Below, piece after piece: positions 12,136-24,300 of a stretch of DNA of 64,000 nt. A program made the translations under genes and the position numbers. The first letter of the stretch is position 1, and each line of letters starts with the position of its first letter. Below the pieces are notes generated by a model that made no database searches, was not told where the DNA came from, and was given only the letters and a program-made list of their open reading frames with translations. Source of the stretch: Heterodontus francisci (Eukaryota); contig NC_090410.1 of the NCBI RefSeq assembly GCF_036365525.1, positions 12,072,062-12,136,061 of the forward strand. Reading direction: 5' to 3'.

Positions 12136-12910
12136 CGCTTCCTAGTTATAGAGAGGTATCACACTCCCTGAGCAGTATTGATAAGCTCTGCCTCGAAGCA
12201 GTGTGAAACTGGCTTTGTCTTGACCTGTAGAATTTATTGTAACATCATCAGCAAGATTTCCTGAGGTCTCCATTTCTGGTCAATTTGTAAACAAGTCTTG
12301 GGGCTACAGCTCCTTGGGCACTGGCCCGCCCTCTGATATCTCTGTCAATCGGCCACTTCACGTCTGGGAGTGTCAGCAGGTTTCTTGACCATGTATGCCA
12401 TTGTCGCCAACCCTAATCCCGTCCCCACCCTTCATCCACACATGCAGTTTCCAACAGGGGCTATGGCTAAGAATCAGGAGCTGGAACCCTGGCTGCTTCC
12501 TTCACTCGCACTGGATTTTAACATTTCTATCATCATCCTGACTGAGATCTATTAACATGCCACAAACCAGGAATGGAAAGTGAGTCCTTTTTAATCTGTA
12601 CAGCTCAGTCCCACACATGGCTGTGCATTTACTCACTGAGCTCTCAGGATGTGGGAGGAAGCGAGACTCAAGTTACACCTAAGTCAATGATGGTGTATCC
12701 AATGGTGTAAGTCATGTATTTGATGGTGTGACTACGTGTTTCTTTTGATAGGTTTAGGTAAATGCACCTGCATGTGATTACTGTATTGTGAAAGAAGTCC
12801 GTTCAATGAACTTGCAGCAATAACATCACAGGCTGTTTTAATGGGCTGCTGTGTTGTGTCTTAATTCACTGTCCGCGCCCTGTCTAAAGGCCATTTCTCT
12901 CTCATTCCAG

Positions 12911-12968
12911 CAATGGCGTTCATCACATATTTACTGGTAGCTGGGTTTGCTCTTGGAACTCAGAGCAG
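12911..12968 (+). CDS. YIF1B: YIF1B coding exon
   Basis: ttccag/gtgaga; (A)MAFITYLLVAGFALGTQSR, phases compatible with neighbours. Confidence 0.95.
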
Positions 12969-13144
12969 GTGAGAATCCTCTTGTCACAACAGTCATGCGA
13001 TCATTCAGTGCTTTCCCGCTCTCTGTTCTAACCAGGAATATTGTTGAGTATGTTGAAGTAGGATGGCCTTTGGGGTTCAGTGTCATTCATATTTAATTTT
13101 GTGAATTTTCTGCTTGAGATGAGGGACGTTCGCAATATGAAAGA

Positions 13145-13545
13145 ACTTGGCATGACAGCAGGCTGTTCCAAAGTGTCTTACAGTCAGTGAAGTACTTTTG
13201 AAGTGTAGTCACTGATGTAGAAAATGTGGCAGACAATTTATACACAGCAAGCTTCCACAATAATACCAGATAATCTCTCTTTTTTTAATGATGTTGGTTG
13301 AAGGAGAAATATTGGGAAAGCACCAGGAAAGACTTTTTTTTTTTAAAAAATAGTGCCATGGGATCTATTATACCCACCTGAGCGGGCCAGTCGTCATCCA
13401 AAAGACAGCATCTCCAACAGTGTAGCAGTCCCTCTACTGCACTGGAGTGTCAGGCTGGATTTTATGCTCTAGTCTCTGGAGTGGCACTTGTATCCACAAG
13501 ATTCTGACACGGTGGCAAATGCTACCCACTGAACCACAACTGATG
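13145..13545 (-). mobile_element. DeuSINE copy
   Basis: Reverse complement of Deu core and tRNA-like head. Confidence 0.78.
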
Positions 13546-13917
13546 AGCACTTTCTTGTTTCAAGCTTCAAGCACTCCTGTTATTTTTCATTCTTTATTGT
13601 GCTCATTCATTTTTATGTTCATTCCCCCACCAAGACAATGCACCATTCCAAAGCCTAGGGCAACCTTCTTCTGGTTTAATTCTGTTCTTTAGCTGGTTGC
13701 AGGGAAGTGTATAAGAAAGGATTCTGAAATGATTTACCTTTCCTGTTGGCAAGTAGTTCCTTCGCAGAGTGTCTGGGATTGGCCAAGAGTTCAGGCCTGC
13801 ATTTTGTCACTACAGGATAAAGTGTGTCGATCTCCAGCCCGTTATCCTGCCGTGGTATACAGGCAGATGCTTGCCCACACCCAGCATTTACTAACTTCAC
13901 TTTTTCTCTTTCTACAG

Positions 13918-14073
13918 GTTCTCTCCAGAGGTGTTGGGGATGCAGGCCAGTTCGGCATTAATCTGGCTGGTCATTGAGGTGTTTGCTATCCTGCTCAGTC
14001 TCTACCTGGTCACGGTGAACACAGACCTAACCACCATTGACCTCGTTGCCTTTGCTGGGTACAAGTATGTCGG
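13918..14073 (+). CDS. YIF1B: YIF1B coding exon
   Basis: TACTAAC branch point 13889-13895, ctacag/gtgggt; [21 protein letters not shown]...[14 protein letters not shown]. Confidence 0.95.
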
Positions 14074-14194
14074 GTGGGTTTGTGAGCGATAGAGTCGGGC
14101 GGGTTTGTGACGGCAGGGTGGGTCTGGGTGCTGATGTCATCACGGTTAAGTGGGTCTGTAGTCATATGTAAGTTGTCTGATTTTCTACCCACAG

Positions 14195-14288
14195 GATGAT
14201 TACTGGAGTCGTGGCTGGGCTGATTTTTGGGAAAACGGGATATTACATTGCTCTGAGCTGGTGCTGCATCTCGATTGTGGTGTTCATG
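14195..14288 (+). CDS. YIF1B: YIF1B coding exon
   Basis: cacag/gtgggt; [31 protein letters not shown]. Confidence 0.93.
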
Positions 14289-14429
14289 GTGGGTTTAGTT
14301 ATTTAATTTAATCTCCCCTTTCATTTCACAACTCATTAACATTTACACTTTCTAGGAAAAAAAACCTTCTTCACGACCTGCACTGGGACACTGGCTCTCT
14401 CAGGGATATGGTGGTTCCAGAGACACCAA

Positions 14430-15155
14430 CTTGCTCAGGGCACAGGTCCAAGGACACAGACTCTCTCCCTGGGGTAACAAGTCCCTGGACATTGACTGTG
14501 TCCCAGGGTCACAGGTCCATGGACATTGACTCTGTCCCAGGGTCACAGGTCCATGGACATTGACTGTGTCCCAGGGTCACAGGTCGATGGACACTGACTC
14601 TGTCCCAGGGTCACAGGTCGATGGACACTGACTCTGTCCCAGGGTCACAGGTCGATGGACATTGACTCTGTCCCAGGGTCACAGGTCGATGGACATTGAC
14701 TCTGTCCCAGGGTCACAGGTCGATGGACACTGACTCTGTCCCAGGGTCACAGGTCGATGGACACTGACTCTGTCCCAGGCTCACAGGTCCATGGGCACTG
14801 ACGCTGTCCCAGGGTCACAGGTCGATGGACATTGACTCTGTCCCAGGGTCACAGGTCCATGGATGCTGATTCTTTCCTAGGGTTACAGGTGCATGAACAC
14901 AGACTCTTTCCCTGGGGTACGGGTCCATGAACGCTGACTGTGTCCCAGGGTTACAGGTCCTTGGACACTGACTGTCCCTGGGGTATGGGTCCATGGACAC
15001 TGATTCTCTTCCTGGGGCACAGGTCCATGGACACACTCTTTCTGAGATACAGGTACAGGAATACTGATTTTCTCCCTGGGGTTACAGGTACAGGGACACT
15101 GACTCTCCCTGGGGTTGCAGGTACAGAGGTTCTGACTCTCTCTGGGATACAGGTC
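14430..15155. repeat. 34-bp minisatellite (about 20 copies) in last YIF1B intron
   Basis: Unit GGACATTGACTCTGTCCCAGGGTCACAGGTCCAT (e.g. at 14521, 14555), homogeneous centre and degenerate flanks. Confidence 0.95.
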
Positions 15156-15472
15156 CTTGTTGTGGCTACCTTCTGCCATGTGGTCAATTGACATCTGTGA
15201 GTGAACTGGGTATTTAACTGTGAATCTTGCAGTTCCACCAATTCTGACTTATCTGACATCCATGTGTTCACTTTCCTGCAGCAGGAATCCTGCCGAGTTC
15301 CTTTCCCTAACCCAGGGGTACTGAGGCCAACTAGTGACTACTGCTACCCTGGCTGAAATCAGCTAAGTTGGCACTGACCTTCCTGTTCTATACAGCTTAA
15401 TATCACCCGGACAGTGCATTTGGCACCATGCCATCCCATCAGTCTCTTACTTTTAAACATATGTTTTTCCAG

Positions 15473-15628
15473 ATTCGAACGTTGAGACTGAAGATTCTGT
15501 CTGAGGCAGCGGCGGAGGGAGTTCTGGTGCGAGGCACAAGGAATCAGCTACGGATGTACCTGACCATGGCGATTGCCGCGGTGCAGCCATTCTTCATGTA
15601 CTGGCTCACGTTTCACTTGGTCAGATAG
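15473..15628 (+). CDS. YIF1B: YIF1B last coding exon
   Basis: ttccag acceptor; [51 protein letters not shown], a YIF1B-type C-terminus. Confidence 0.95.
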   Translation: MRTLRLKILSEAAAEGVLVRGTRNQLRMYLTMAIAAVQPFFMYWLTFHLVR

Positions 15629-16203
15629 GAAAGCTAGACAACCTCTGTGTTTTCTGGGGGCATGGGTGGGTGGGAGGGCAGGGGCAATCCTCCTGTTGCA
15701 GGGGTGAGGGGAGAACACAGGTGGGGAATCTATCTCCCAGAGGGGGGGGCCAGGGGTGGTGGTGGGTGATGAGTGCAGAACAAATTTGTCGCCCTGGGGG
15801 GCTGACCGTCTCCCATGGTGGAGTGGAAAGAGGCATCTCCGCAAGGGGATGGGTATAGAAGGGGTCCAACTCCCCAAATGGTGGAAATGCAAAACTGTCA
15901 TCATATGTGGGAGGGTGGCACGCGGGATTTGTCTGTCTACCAAGGGGGAGGGGGGACGCGCAGGACGGGTCCATCTCCCCAAGGGTGGCTGGGCTGTGTC
16001 CTCTCCCTGCACGATAGAGCTTTTTCTGCTGGGCTGCCTGTATAATAAACGCAACAAGTTCACTGACAGTCGCTCTCTCCATCCTGGGTGACTAATTGGA
16101 TTGGAGGCAATAACCTGATGGACATTTCTGCCCTGTGTTGACTTGCTGCTGTCTACACTGGGAATTTTTTAAAATATCTATTTATAAGCACTGAATTTGG
16201 GCA

Positions 16204-16209
16204 AATAAA
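16204..16209 (+). terminator. YIF1B polyadenylation signal (alternative AATAAA at 16044-16049)
   Basis: AATAAA followed by T/GT-rich sequence about 580 nt after the stop codon. Confidence 0.6.
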
Positions 16210-16286
16210 ATATGTAAAGTATAATATCTTGTTCAGTTTTGTGATTGCTTCAGCAGAAGTACTTAAAGGGAAAGTATCTTCTACTC

Positions 16287-17034
16287 CAGGGCTTCTTGAC
16301 CGGGGGTCCGTGACCCCCTAGGGGTCCACGAGAAGGCTTCATGAAGTCGCCAGTGGCTTCCTGTCTCCACTGTGCCAACAATTTAGTTGTTTTAATGCCG
16401 ATCCCCGAAGGTAAATGCGTTTTACCTTCCAGGCCCGAATCATCAGTCGACACCCTGGCCCTGCACAGGACATGAACTGAAAACCGCAACTTGGCCCCAG
16501 AGGCTTGTGGTCATCGGTCCACCATGTTGTCAAGGAGACAGCATCCAGTTTCAGTGGGTGCATTCCGCTCAGCTTGTAAGGTGGTCGAGAGGAGAAGCGA
16601 GAGCTGGTATGGCCGTTAACATCATTTGTCAAATCAGCACTCTATCAGCTCCATTGACACTTTACCAACCTTAGTAACAATCCACTAATTTCAGTATAAT
16701 TACCAATCTCGGAAACAGTCTGCGAACTTAGGCAACACTCTACCAACCTCGTTAATGGTCTAGTGACTTCAGCATAACCAAGCCAGACTGAATATTGCCC
16801 ATGACGTGCATGTGTGCTTGTCGAAGATACCTCCATGTCCCGACAGAATTGTTGCTCCCACCAGCAACAGGTTTCACATGAAGTAAGTAAAACAAAAATA
16901 ATATATATGTTTAATTTTACAACTAATTTTTATACAGAAAAAATGTTTTCACTGTGTGGCAGGGTGTCTGGAATTTTTATAATGTAGGTGGGGGGGAGGG
17001 GATTGCTCGGAAGCAAAAAGGTTGAGAATCCCTG
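16287..17034 (+). mobile_element. hAT-Charlie-like DNA transposon, internally deleted
   Basis: TIRs CAGGGCTTCTTGACC / GGTTGAGAATCCCTG; 8-bp TSD TTCTACTC / TTCTACTG (7/8); remnant ...QQQVSH near 16860-16880 resembling a Charlie transposase C-terminus. Confidence 0.78.
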
Positions 17035-17298
17035 TTCTACTGCATTGGCCCATTAGCTCTCCCCAGTTATAAGACTGTTGTACTCTTAGTGGTGTCTTGC
17101 AGTTACTCATTTTTTCAAACTGCTAGTCGAGGCAGAATGGAAGAGGTCTGTAGAATTTCTACCCTTTTATACTACTTTCAATAGCTGAGTAAAGGTTAAG
17201 GTAGGGATTTTAAATTGTCGTAGGTAGTGTTTGGAGTAGAATAAGGTCCCTAGCATAATTAGTACTCTAAATTAAAAGGAGTAACTAAGGAGCTTAAT

Positions 17299-17642
17299 AG
17301 TTTAGTTTAGTTTAGAGATACAGCACTGAAACAGGCCCTTCGGCCCACCGAGTCTGTGCCGACCATCAACCACCCATTTATACTAATCCCACGCTAATTC
17401 CATATTCCTACCACATCCCCACCTGTCCCTATATTTCCCTACCACCTACCTATACTAGGGGCAATTTCTAATGGCCAATTTATCTACCAACCTGCAAGTC
17501 TTTGGCATGTGGGAGGAAACCGGAGCACCCGGAGGAAACCCACGCAGACACAGGGAGAACTTGCAAACTCCACACAGGCAGCACCCAGAATTGAACCCGG
17601 GTCGCTGGAGCTGTGAGGCTGCGGTGCTAACCACTGTGCCGC
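17299..17642 (-). mobile_element. HE1-like V-SINE inserted in the CR1 5'UTR
   Basis: Reverse complement of tRNA head, V-domain (TGTGTGGAGTTTGCAAGTTCTCCCTG...CTCCGGTTTCCTCCCACA) and CR1-type tail with (CTAAA)n. Confidence 0.9.
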
Positions 17643-18980
17643 TAATCTAAGACTAAGTCATGGCAGGAGAGCTCGGCCCCGTGAAATGCTCCTCCTGCGC
17701 TATGTGGGCAATCAGGGACACTTCCAATGTCCCTGGTGACCATGTGTGCAGGAAGTGTATCCAGCTGCAGCTACTGACCGCATTGCGCAGCTAGAGCTGC
17801 GGATGGACTCACTGTGGAGCATCCGCGATGCCAAGGACGTTGTGGATAGCACGTTTAGTGAGGTAGTCACACCGCAGGTAATGGCTGCAGAGGCAGAAAA
17901 GGGACAGGTGACCACCAGGAGGAGTAATAGGCACAGGCAGGTAGTGCAGGAGTCCCCTGTGGCCATCCCCCTCTCAAACAGATGTATCTGTGAATCCTGT
18001 TGGGGGGGATGGCCTCCTAGGGAAAAGTAGCAACAGCCAAGTTCGTGGCACCACAGATGGCTCTGCTGTACAGGAGAGGATGAAAAAGAGAGGGAGAGCC
18101 AACTGATAGGAAATTCAAATGTAAGGGCAACAGACAGGCGTTTCTGTGGCAGCAAACGAGACTCCAGGATGGTATGTTGCCTCCCTGGTGCAAAGGGTCA
18201 AGGATGTCTCGGAATGGCTGAAGGGAGAGGGTGAACAGTCAGAGTTCGTGGTACACATTGGTACCAATGACATAGGTAGAAAGAGGGATGAGGTCCTGCA
18301 ACAAGAATTTAGGGAGCTAGGCAGCAGATTAAAAAGCAGGACCTCAAAGGTTGTAATCTCTGGATTACTCCTGGTGCCACGTGCCAGTGAATATACGAGT
18401 AGGAGGATAGAGCTGATGAATGCGTGGCTGAGAAGGTGGTGCAGGAGGGCTTTAGTTTTCTGGATCACTGAGTCTGTTTCTGGCAAAGGTGGGACCTGTA
18501 CAAGTTGGACGAGTTGCACCTGAACCGGAACGGGACCAACGTCCTTGCAGGGAGGTTTACTGGTGCTGTTGGGTGGGGGGTATAAACTAATTTGGCAGGG
18601 GGGTGGGATACAGAGTGGAGGTACAGTAGAGGGTGATGCTCAGTCAAATATAGAAGAGAAAACTGAGTCAGTCTGGAAGGCAGAGCAAATATAGATCTGT
18701 TAAGGCACAAGTGAAAAATGCAAGGCTGGATTGCATCTATTTTAATGCAAGGAGTCTTACTAGTAAGGCAGATGAATTGAGAGCGTTGATTAGCACATGG
18801 CATTATGATATTATTGCTATCACAGAGACATGGTTGAGGCCGCCCTCAAGGACTGGCAGCTCAATATTCCAGGGTATAGAATCTTCAGGCGTGACAGGGG
18901 AAGTGGCAAAATAGGGGGTGGCATTGCACTGTTGATCAAGAAATCAATTACTGCAGTAAGGAGGGATGATATCTTAGAAG

Positions 18981-19202
18981 CAAAAACAAGAAATGCTGGA
19001 ATCACTCAGCAGGTCTGGCAGCATCTGTGGAAAGAGAAGCAGAGTTAACGTTTCGGGTCAGTGACCCTTCTTCCGAAGAAGGGTCACTGACCCGAAACGT
19101 TAACTCTGCTTCTCTTTCCACAGATGCTGCCAGACCTGCTGAGTGATTCCAGCATTTCTTGTTTTTGTTTCAGATTTCCAGCATCCGCAGTATTTTGCTT
19201 TT
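18981..19202 (+). mobile_element. Penelope-like palindromic short element with minimal hammerhead motif
   Basis: Perfect 93-bp inverted repeat (18981-19073 / 19075-19167), 35-nt one-sided tail, 15-bp TSD ATGATATCTTAGAAG (18966-18980, 19203-19217). Confidence 0.8.
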
Positions 19203-21339
19203 ATGATATCTTAGAAGGTTCCTCAAATTAGGCCATATGGGTAGAACTTAAAAACAAAAAGGGGGCAATCACTTGGCTGGCAATGTACTACAGACCTCCA
19301 AACAGTCAGGGAGAGATAGAGGAGCAGATATGTAGGCAAATCTCAGAGAGGTGTAAAAATAATATGGTAATAATAGGGGATTTCAACTTCCCCAGTATCA
19401 ATGGGATTGTCTTTGTGCAAAAGGCTTAAAGGGGGCGGAATTCCTAAAATGCATACAGGAGAGCTTTTTGAGCCAGCACGTAGAAAGTCCTATAAGAGAA
19501 GAGGCAGTGCTGGACCTAATCTTAGGGAATGAAGCTGGACAAATGGTAGAAGTGTCAGTGGGGGAGCATTTTGGGATGGTGACCATTACTCTGTAAGATT
19601 TAAGGTAGTTATGAAAAAGGACCGAGATGGACCGGAAATAAAAGTACTGAATTGGGGGAAGGCCGATTTTAATATGATAAAACAGGATCTTGCCAAAGTG
19701 GACTGAGAGCAGCTACTTGTAGGAAAGTCTACATCAGACCAGTGGGAGTCATTCAAAGAGGAAATAGTGAGAGTTCAGAGCCAACATGTACCCGTTAAGG
19801 TGAAGGGTAGGACTAACAAGTCCAGGGAGCCCTGGATGTCAAGGGATTATAGAGGATTGGATCAGGAAAAAAAAGGAAGCTTATGGCAGATTCAGAGCGC
19901 TGAAAACAGCAGGGGCACTAGAGGAGTATAGAAAGTGTGGGAGGGTACTTAAAAAAGATAATTAGGAGAGCGAAGAGGGGACATGGAAAAAACACTGGCA
20001 GGCAAGTTAAAGGAAAATCCTAAGGCATTTTATAAATATGTGAAGGGCATGAGGGAAAGAGTAATACTCCCTCCCTTTCAAAGCTAATATGTTCAAGTAT
20101 ATTGCAATCCCCCTCCCTGATCTCTACACCTACATCGTCCTTTTCCATAGTGAACACAGATGAAAAGTAATCATTTAAAACTTCACCTAGGTCCTCCAGC
20201 GCCTTACACAAATTGCCACTTTTGTCCCTAAAGGACCCTACTCTTTCCCTGGTTAACTGTGTACAGTTCTGGGCACCACACTATAGGAAGGATGTGATTG
20301 CACTGGAGAGGGTGCAGAAGAGATTCAGTTGCCTGGGCTGGAGCATTTCAGCTATGAATAGAGACTGAAAAGGCGAGGGTTGTTTTCCTTAGAGCAGAGA
20401 AGGCTGAGGAGAGATATGATTGAGGTATACAAAGTTATGAGGGGCATTGATAGGTTAGATAGGAAGAAACGTTTTCCTTTAGCGGAGGGGTCAGTACCCA
20501 GGGGGCATAGATTTAAGGTAAGGGGCAGGAGGTTTAGAGGGGATTTGAGGAAAAAAAATTTCACCCAGAGGGTGGTTGGAATCTGGAACGCACTGCATGA
20601 AGAGGTGGTAGAGGCAGGAACCCTCACAACATTTAAGAAGTATTGAGATGAGCACTTGAAATGCCATAGCATACAAGGCTACGGGCCAAGTGCTGGAAAA
20701 TGGGATTAGAATAGTTGGGTGCTTGATGGCTGGTATAGACACGATGGGCCGAAGGGCCTGTTTCTATGCTGTATAACTCTATGACTCCAATTTGCCTTTT
20801 CTTGTACAAATTCATTGATACTTGGGTCGGTAACCAGATACTGTAGGTTCAAGATAATTGGTAGAGGAACCAGAGAGGAGGTTAATCTCATCCAGTGAGT
20901 TGTTGTGATCTGGAATGCACTGCCTGAAAGGATGGTGGAAGCAGATTTAGTAATAACTTTTGAGAGGAAACTGGATAAATACTTGAAAAGGAGAGATTTG
21001 CAGGGCTATGGGGAAAGAGCAGGGGCGTGGGATTAATTGGATAGCTCTTTTGAAGAACCAGAATAGGCACGACAGGCCAAGTGGCCTCCTGCCTGTTAGA
21101 TTCTAAGAAATGGAGAGTGCTGACATCACCCACTGTTCATACTCCCAATGCCGTAGAATAGTATAGCACAGAAGGAGGTTATTCTGCCCATCGAATTTAC
21201 GTCAGCTCTTTCAAAGATCAATCAGTTTGACCCATTCTTCCCCCATATCCCTTCAACTTTTTTCTTAAGCAATAATCCATTTTCCTTTTGAAGGCTACTA
21301 TTGAATCTGTATCCACCACGTTCTGGCCGAAGACAGGCA

Positions 21340-24300
21340 GAGCGAGAGAGGAGCAGGGAAAAAGTGAAAAGTGGCATCAGAGTAACGTCACAATCGACAA
21401 TGAGAGCAGGGAAACGGAGAGCTGCTGGGGTGAGTATACAGGTAAGCTTTTAATTTAATTTAAATCAAAAATAGCATAACACTTGATTGATTAGTACATA
21501 AACTAAAAACTAAAGCGAATTTTATAATTTATAATAGAGTGAGACCAGCAGTGAGTGTATTAGTTCAAATGAGGACTTAATACATAAGCTGTATTATGTA
21601 TTATTAGGGTTTATCAGTATTTGTAAGGTTTACTAACAGTAGTAAGGTTTATTAGTATTGGCAAAGCTTTATTATCATTGGTAATGTCTAGCAGACTCGC
21701 AGAGTGCAGATTAAAACCTGAGTGTGGAGAGTTCGGTGAAGGGGGCAGAGGTGCTCCATTTTTCCTTTTTTTGGGGTACTCTTTTAACCCTCCAGTATTT
21801 GGTTCTTTCTTCGGTGCAATGGAAGGAGCTGTTTTGTGAGTACCTGGTAAGCTGTGACATCACAGGCAAGCAGGTAGCTGATTGGTTTGGGAAGAAGCTA
21901 CCTGTTTGGTATCTGGTAAGTAATTAAGGTCCATTCTAATCCTAACATTTAAAATAGTTAAGGAACTAGTGGTAAGCTTAATAAAATATATATCAAAAAA
22001 GAGGAAAATAAAATAAATAATTGAATAAAATAATTAAATAGCTAATTAAAACACATTAAGGAGGGCAGGACAGGTGATGTGTCACGGCTGCAGCATGTGG
22101 GAGCACGTGGATTACAGTGTGATCCAGGGCAAACACATCTGCAGTAAGTGTTTGCGGCTCGAGGAGTTTTGGCTCAGAGTCATTGCACTGGAGTCTGAGC
22201 TGCAGACACTGCAACACATCAGGGAGGGGGAAAGTTACCTAGACACTTTGTATCAAGAGGCGGTCACACCCCTTAGGATAGGGTCTTCTGATTTGGTCAG
22301 GAGAGTGTGACTGCAGCTGAGGCAGGTAAGGGGACCCAGAGGGCAGGAGTGCAGGAGCCTCAGCCTTTGCGATTGTCCAACAGGTTTGAGGTTCTTTCAA
22401 CTTGTTTGGATGAGAGTGGGGGCTGCAGGGTGGATGTGCAACCTGACCATAGTACAGAAAGCCATTCAAGTGGAGGGAGAAAAAAGGAATGTATTGGTAG
22501 TAGGGGACAGTAGAGTTAGGGGGATTGACACTGTTCTCTACAGCAAATAGCGAGAGTCCATATGGCTGTGTTGCCTGCCAGGGTTCGGGACATCTGCTCA
22601 GAGCTGGAGAGGAACAGTGGGAGGGGGAGGATCCAGTCATCGTAGTCCATGTCAGTACTAACGACATAGGCAGGACAAAGAAAGAGGGTCTGCATAGTGA
22701 GTATGAGGAACTAGGCACCAAATTTAGAAGGAGAACTTCAAAAGTAATAATCTCTGGATTATTACCTGAGCCATGTGCAAATTGGCATAGGGCAAGTAAG
22801 ATTAGAGAAATTAATACGTGGCTCAAAGACAGGTGTGGTAGAAGTGGGTTCTGGTTCGTGGGGCACTGGCACCAGTACTGGGGAAAGTGGTGGCTGTACC
22901 GTTGGGACGATCTACACCTGAACCGTGCTGGGGCCAGTGTTCTAGCGAGCTGCTTAACTAGGGAAGTAGCGAGGGTTTTAAACTGAATAGTGGGGGCAAG
23001 GGATCAAATTTGGGAAGATATGGTAAATCAAGGACAGAATATAAAAAACAGCAAAGAATGAATAAAAGATTGATCAGGTAAAATTAGAGTATGAGAGAAA
23101 GCTAGCTAGAAATATAAAAACATATAGTAAGAGTTCCTATAGATATTTAAAAAAGAGAAGTTAACAAAGTGAGTGTTGGTCCTATAGAAAGTGAGTCTGG
23201 GGAATTAATAATGGATAATAAGGTGATGGCAGATGAATTGAACAGATATTTTGCATCAGTCTTCACTATTGAGGATACAAGTAACATCCCAATATTAGCT
23301 GTAAGTCAGGAAATGGAAGGGAGGGAGAAACTCAAGAAAATTACAATCACCAGGGAAGTGGTACTGAACAAATTGTTGGAGCTGCGGGCTGACCAGTCCC
23401 CGGGTCCTGATGGACTTAATCCTAGGGTCTTAAAAGAAGTGGCTAGTGAGATAGTTGATGGGTTAGTTTTAATTTTCCAAAATTCCCTTCATTCATGGAA
23501 GGTTCCGTTAGATTGGAAAATAGCGAATGTAACTCCTTTATTCAAAAGGGAGGGAGACAGAAAGCAGGAAACTACAGGCCAGTTAGCTTAACATCGGTCT
23601 TGGGCAAAATGTTAGAAGCTATTATTAAAGGCGTTCTAGCAGGGCATTTAGAAAAATTCAAGGTAATCAGGCAAAAGTCAACATGGATTTGTGAAAGGGA
23701 AATTATGTTTAACCAATTTTTTGCAATTCTTTGATGGAGTTACATGTGCTGTGGATAAAAGGGAACTGGTGAATGTATTGTACTTAGATTTCCAGAAGGC
23801 ATTTGATGAGGTGCCACATCAAAGATTATTGCACAAAATAAAAGCTCATGGTGTAGGGGGTAACATTTTGGCATGGATAGAAGATTGGCAAGCCAACAGG
23901 AAACAGTAGGCATAAATGGGTAATTTTCTGGTTGGCAAGATGTAGCAAGTGGTGTGCCACAGGGATCTGTGCTGGGGCCTCAACTTTTTACAATTTATAT
24001 AAATGACTTTGATGAAGGGACCGAAGGTATGGTTGCTAAATTTGCTGATGACACAAAGATAGGTAGGAAAGTAACTTGTAAAGAGGACATAAGAGGGCTA
24101 CAAAGGGATATAGATAGGTTAAGTGAGTGGGCAAAGACCTGGCAAATGGAGTATAATGTGGGAAAATGTGAAATTGTCCATTTTGGCAGAAAGAATAAAA
24201 AAGTATATTATCTAAATGGTGAGAGATTGCAGAGCTCTGAGATGCAGAGGAATCTGGATGTCCTAGTGCATGAATCACAAAACATTAGCATGCAGGTACA

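Larger units (their letters stand above)
17110..20788 (+). mobile_element. CR1 LINE with 5'UTR, ORF1 (Zn-finger + esterase) and ORF2 endonuclease; carries nested insertions and an internal inversion/deletion
   Basis: ORF1 start MAGELGPVKCSSCAMW..HVCRKC at 17660; VHIGTNDIG (18146..18523); YFNARS/ITETWL (18711..18914); 3' end ORF 20380..20646 and tail. Confidence 0.9.

Noticed and set aside
14430-15155. CRISPR-like array of 34-bp repeats
   Set aside because: Units are contiguous with no unique spacers, no cas genes, vertebrate intron: a minisatellite
15548-16082. Minus-strand ORFs of 153-171 aa
   Set aside because: Antisense to the G-rich YIF1B 3'UTR; Pro-rich by composition, no homology recognised
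18981-19167. pre-miRNA, terminator or classic DNA-transposon MITE
   Set aside because: Multi-copy, perfectly paired, 15-bp TSD and one-sided tail fit a retro-inserted Penelope-like element better
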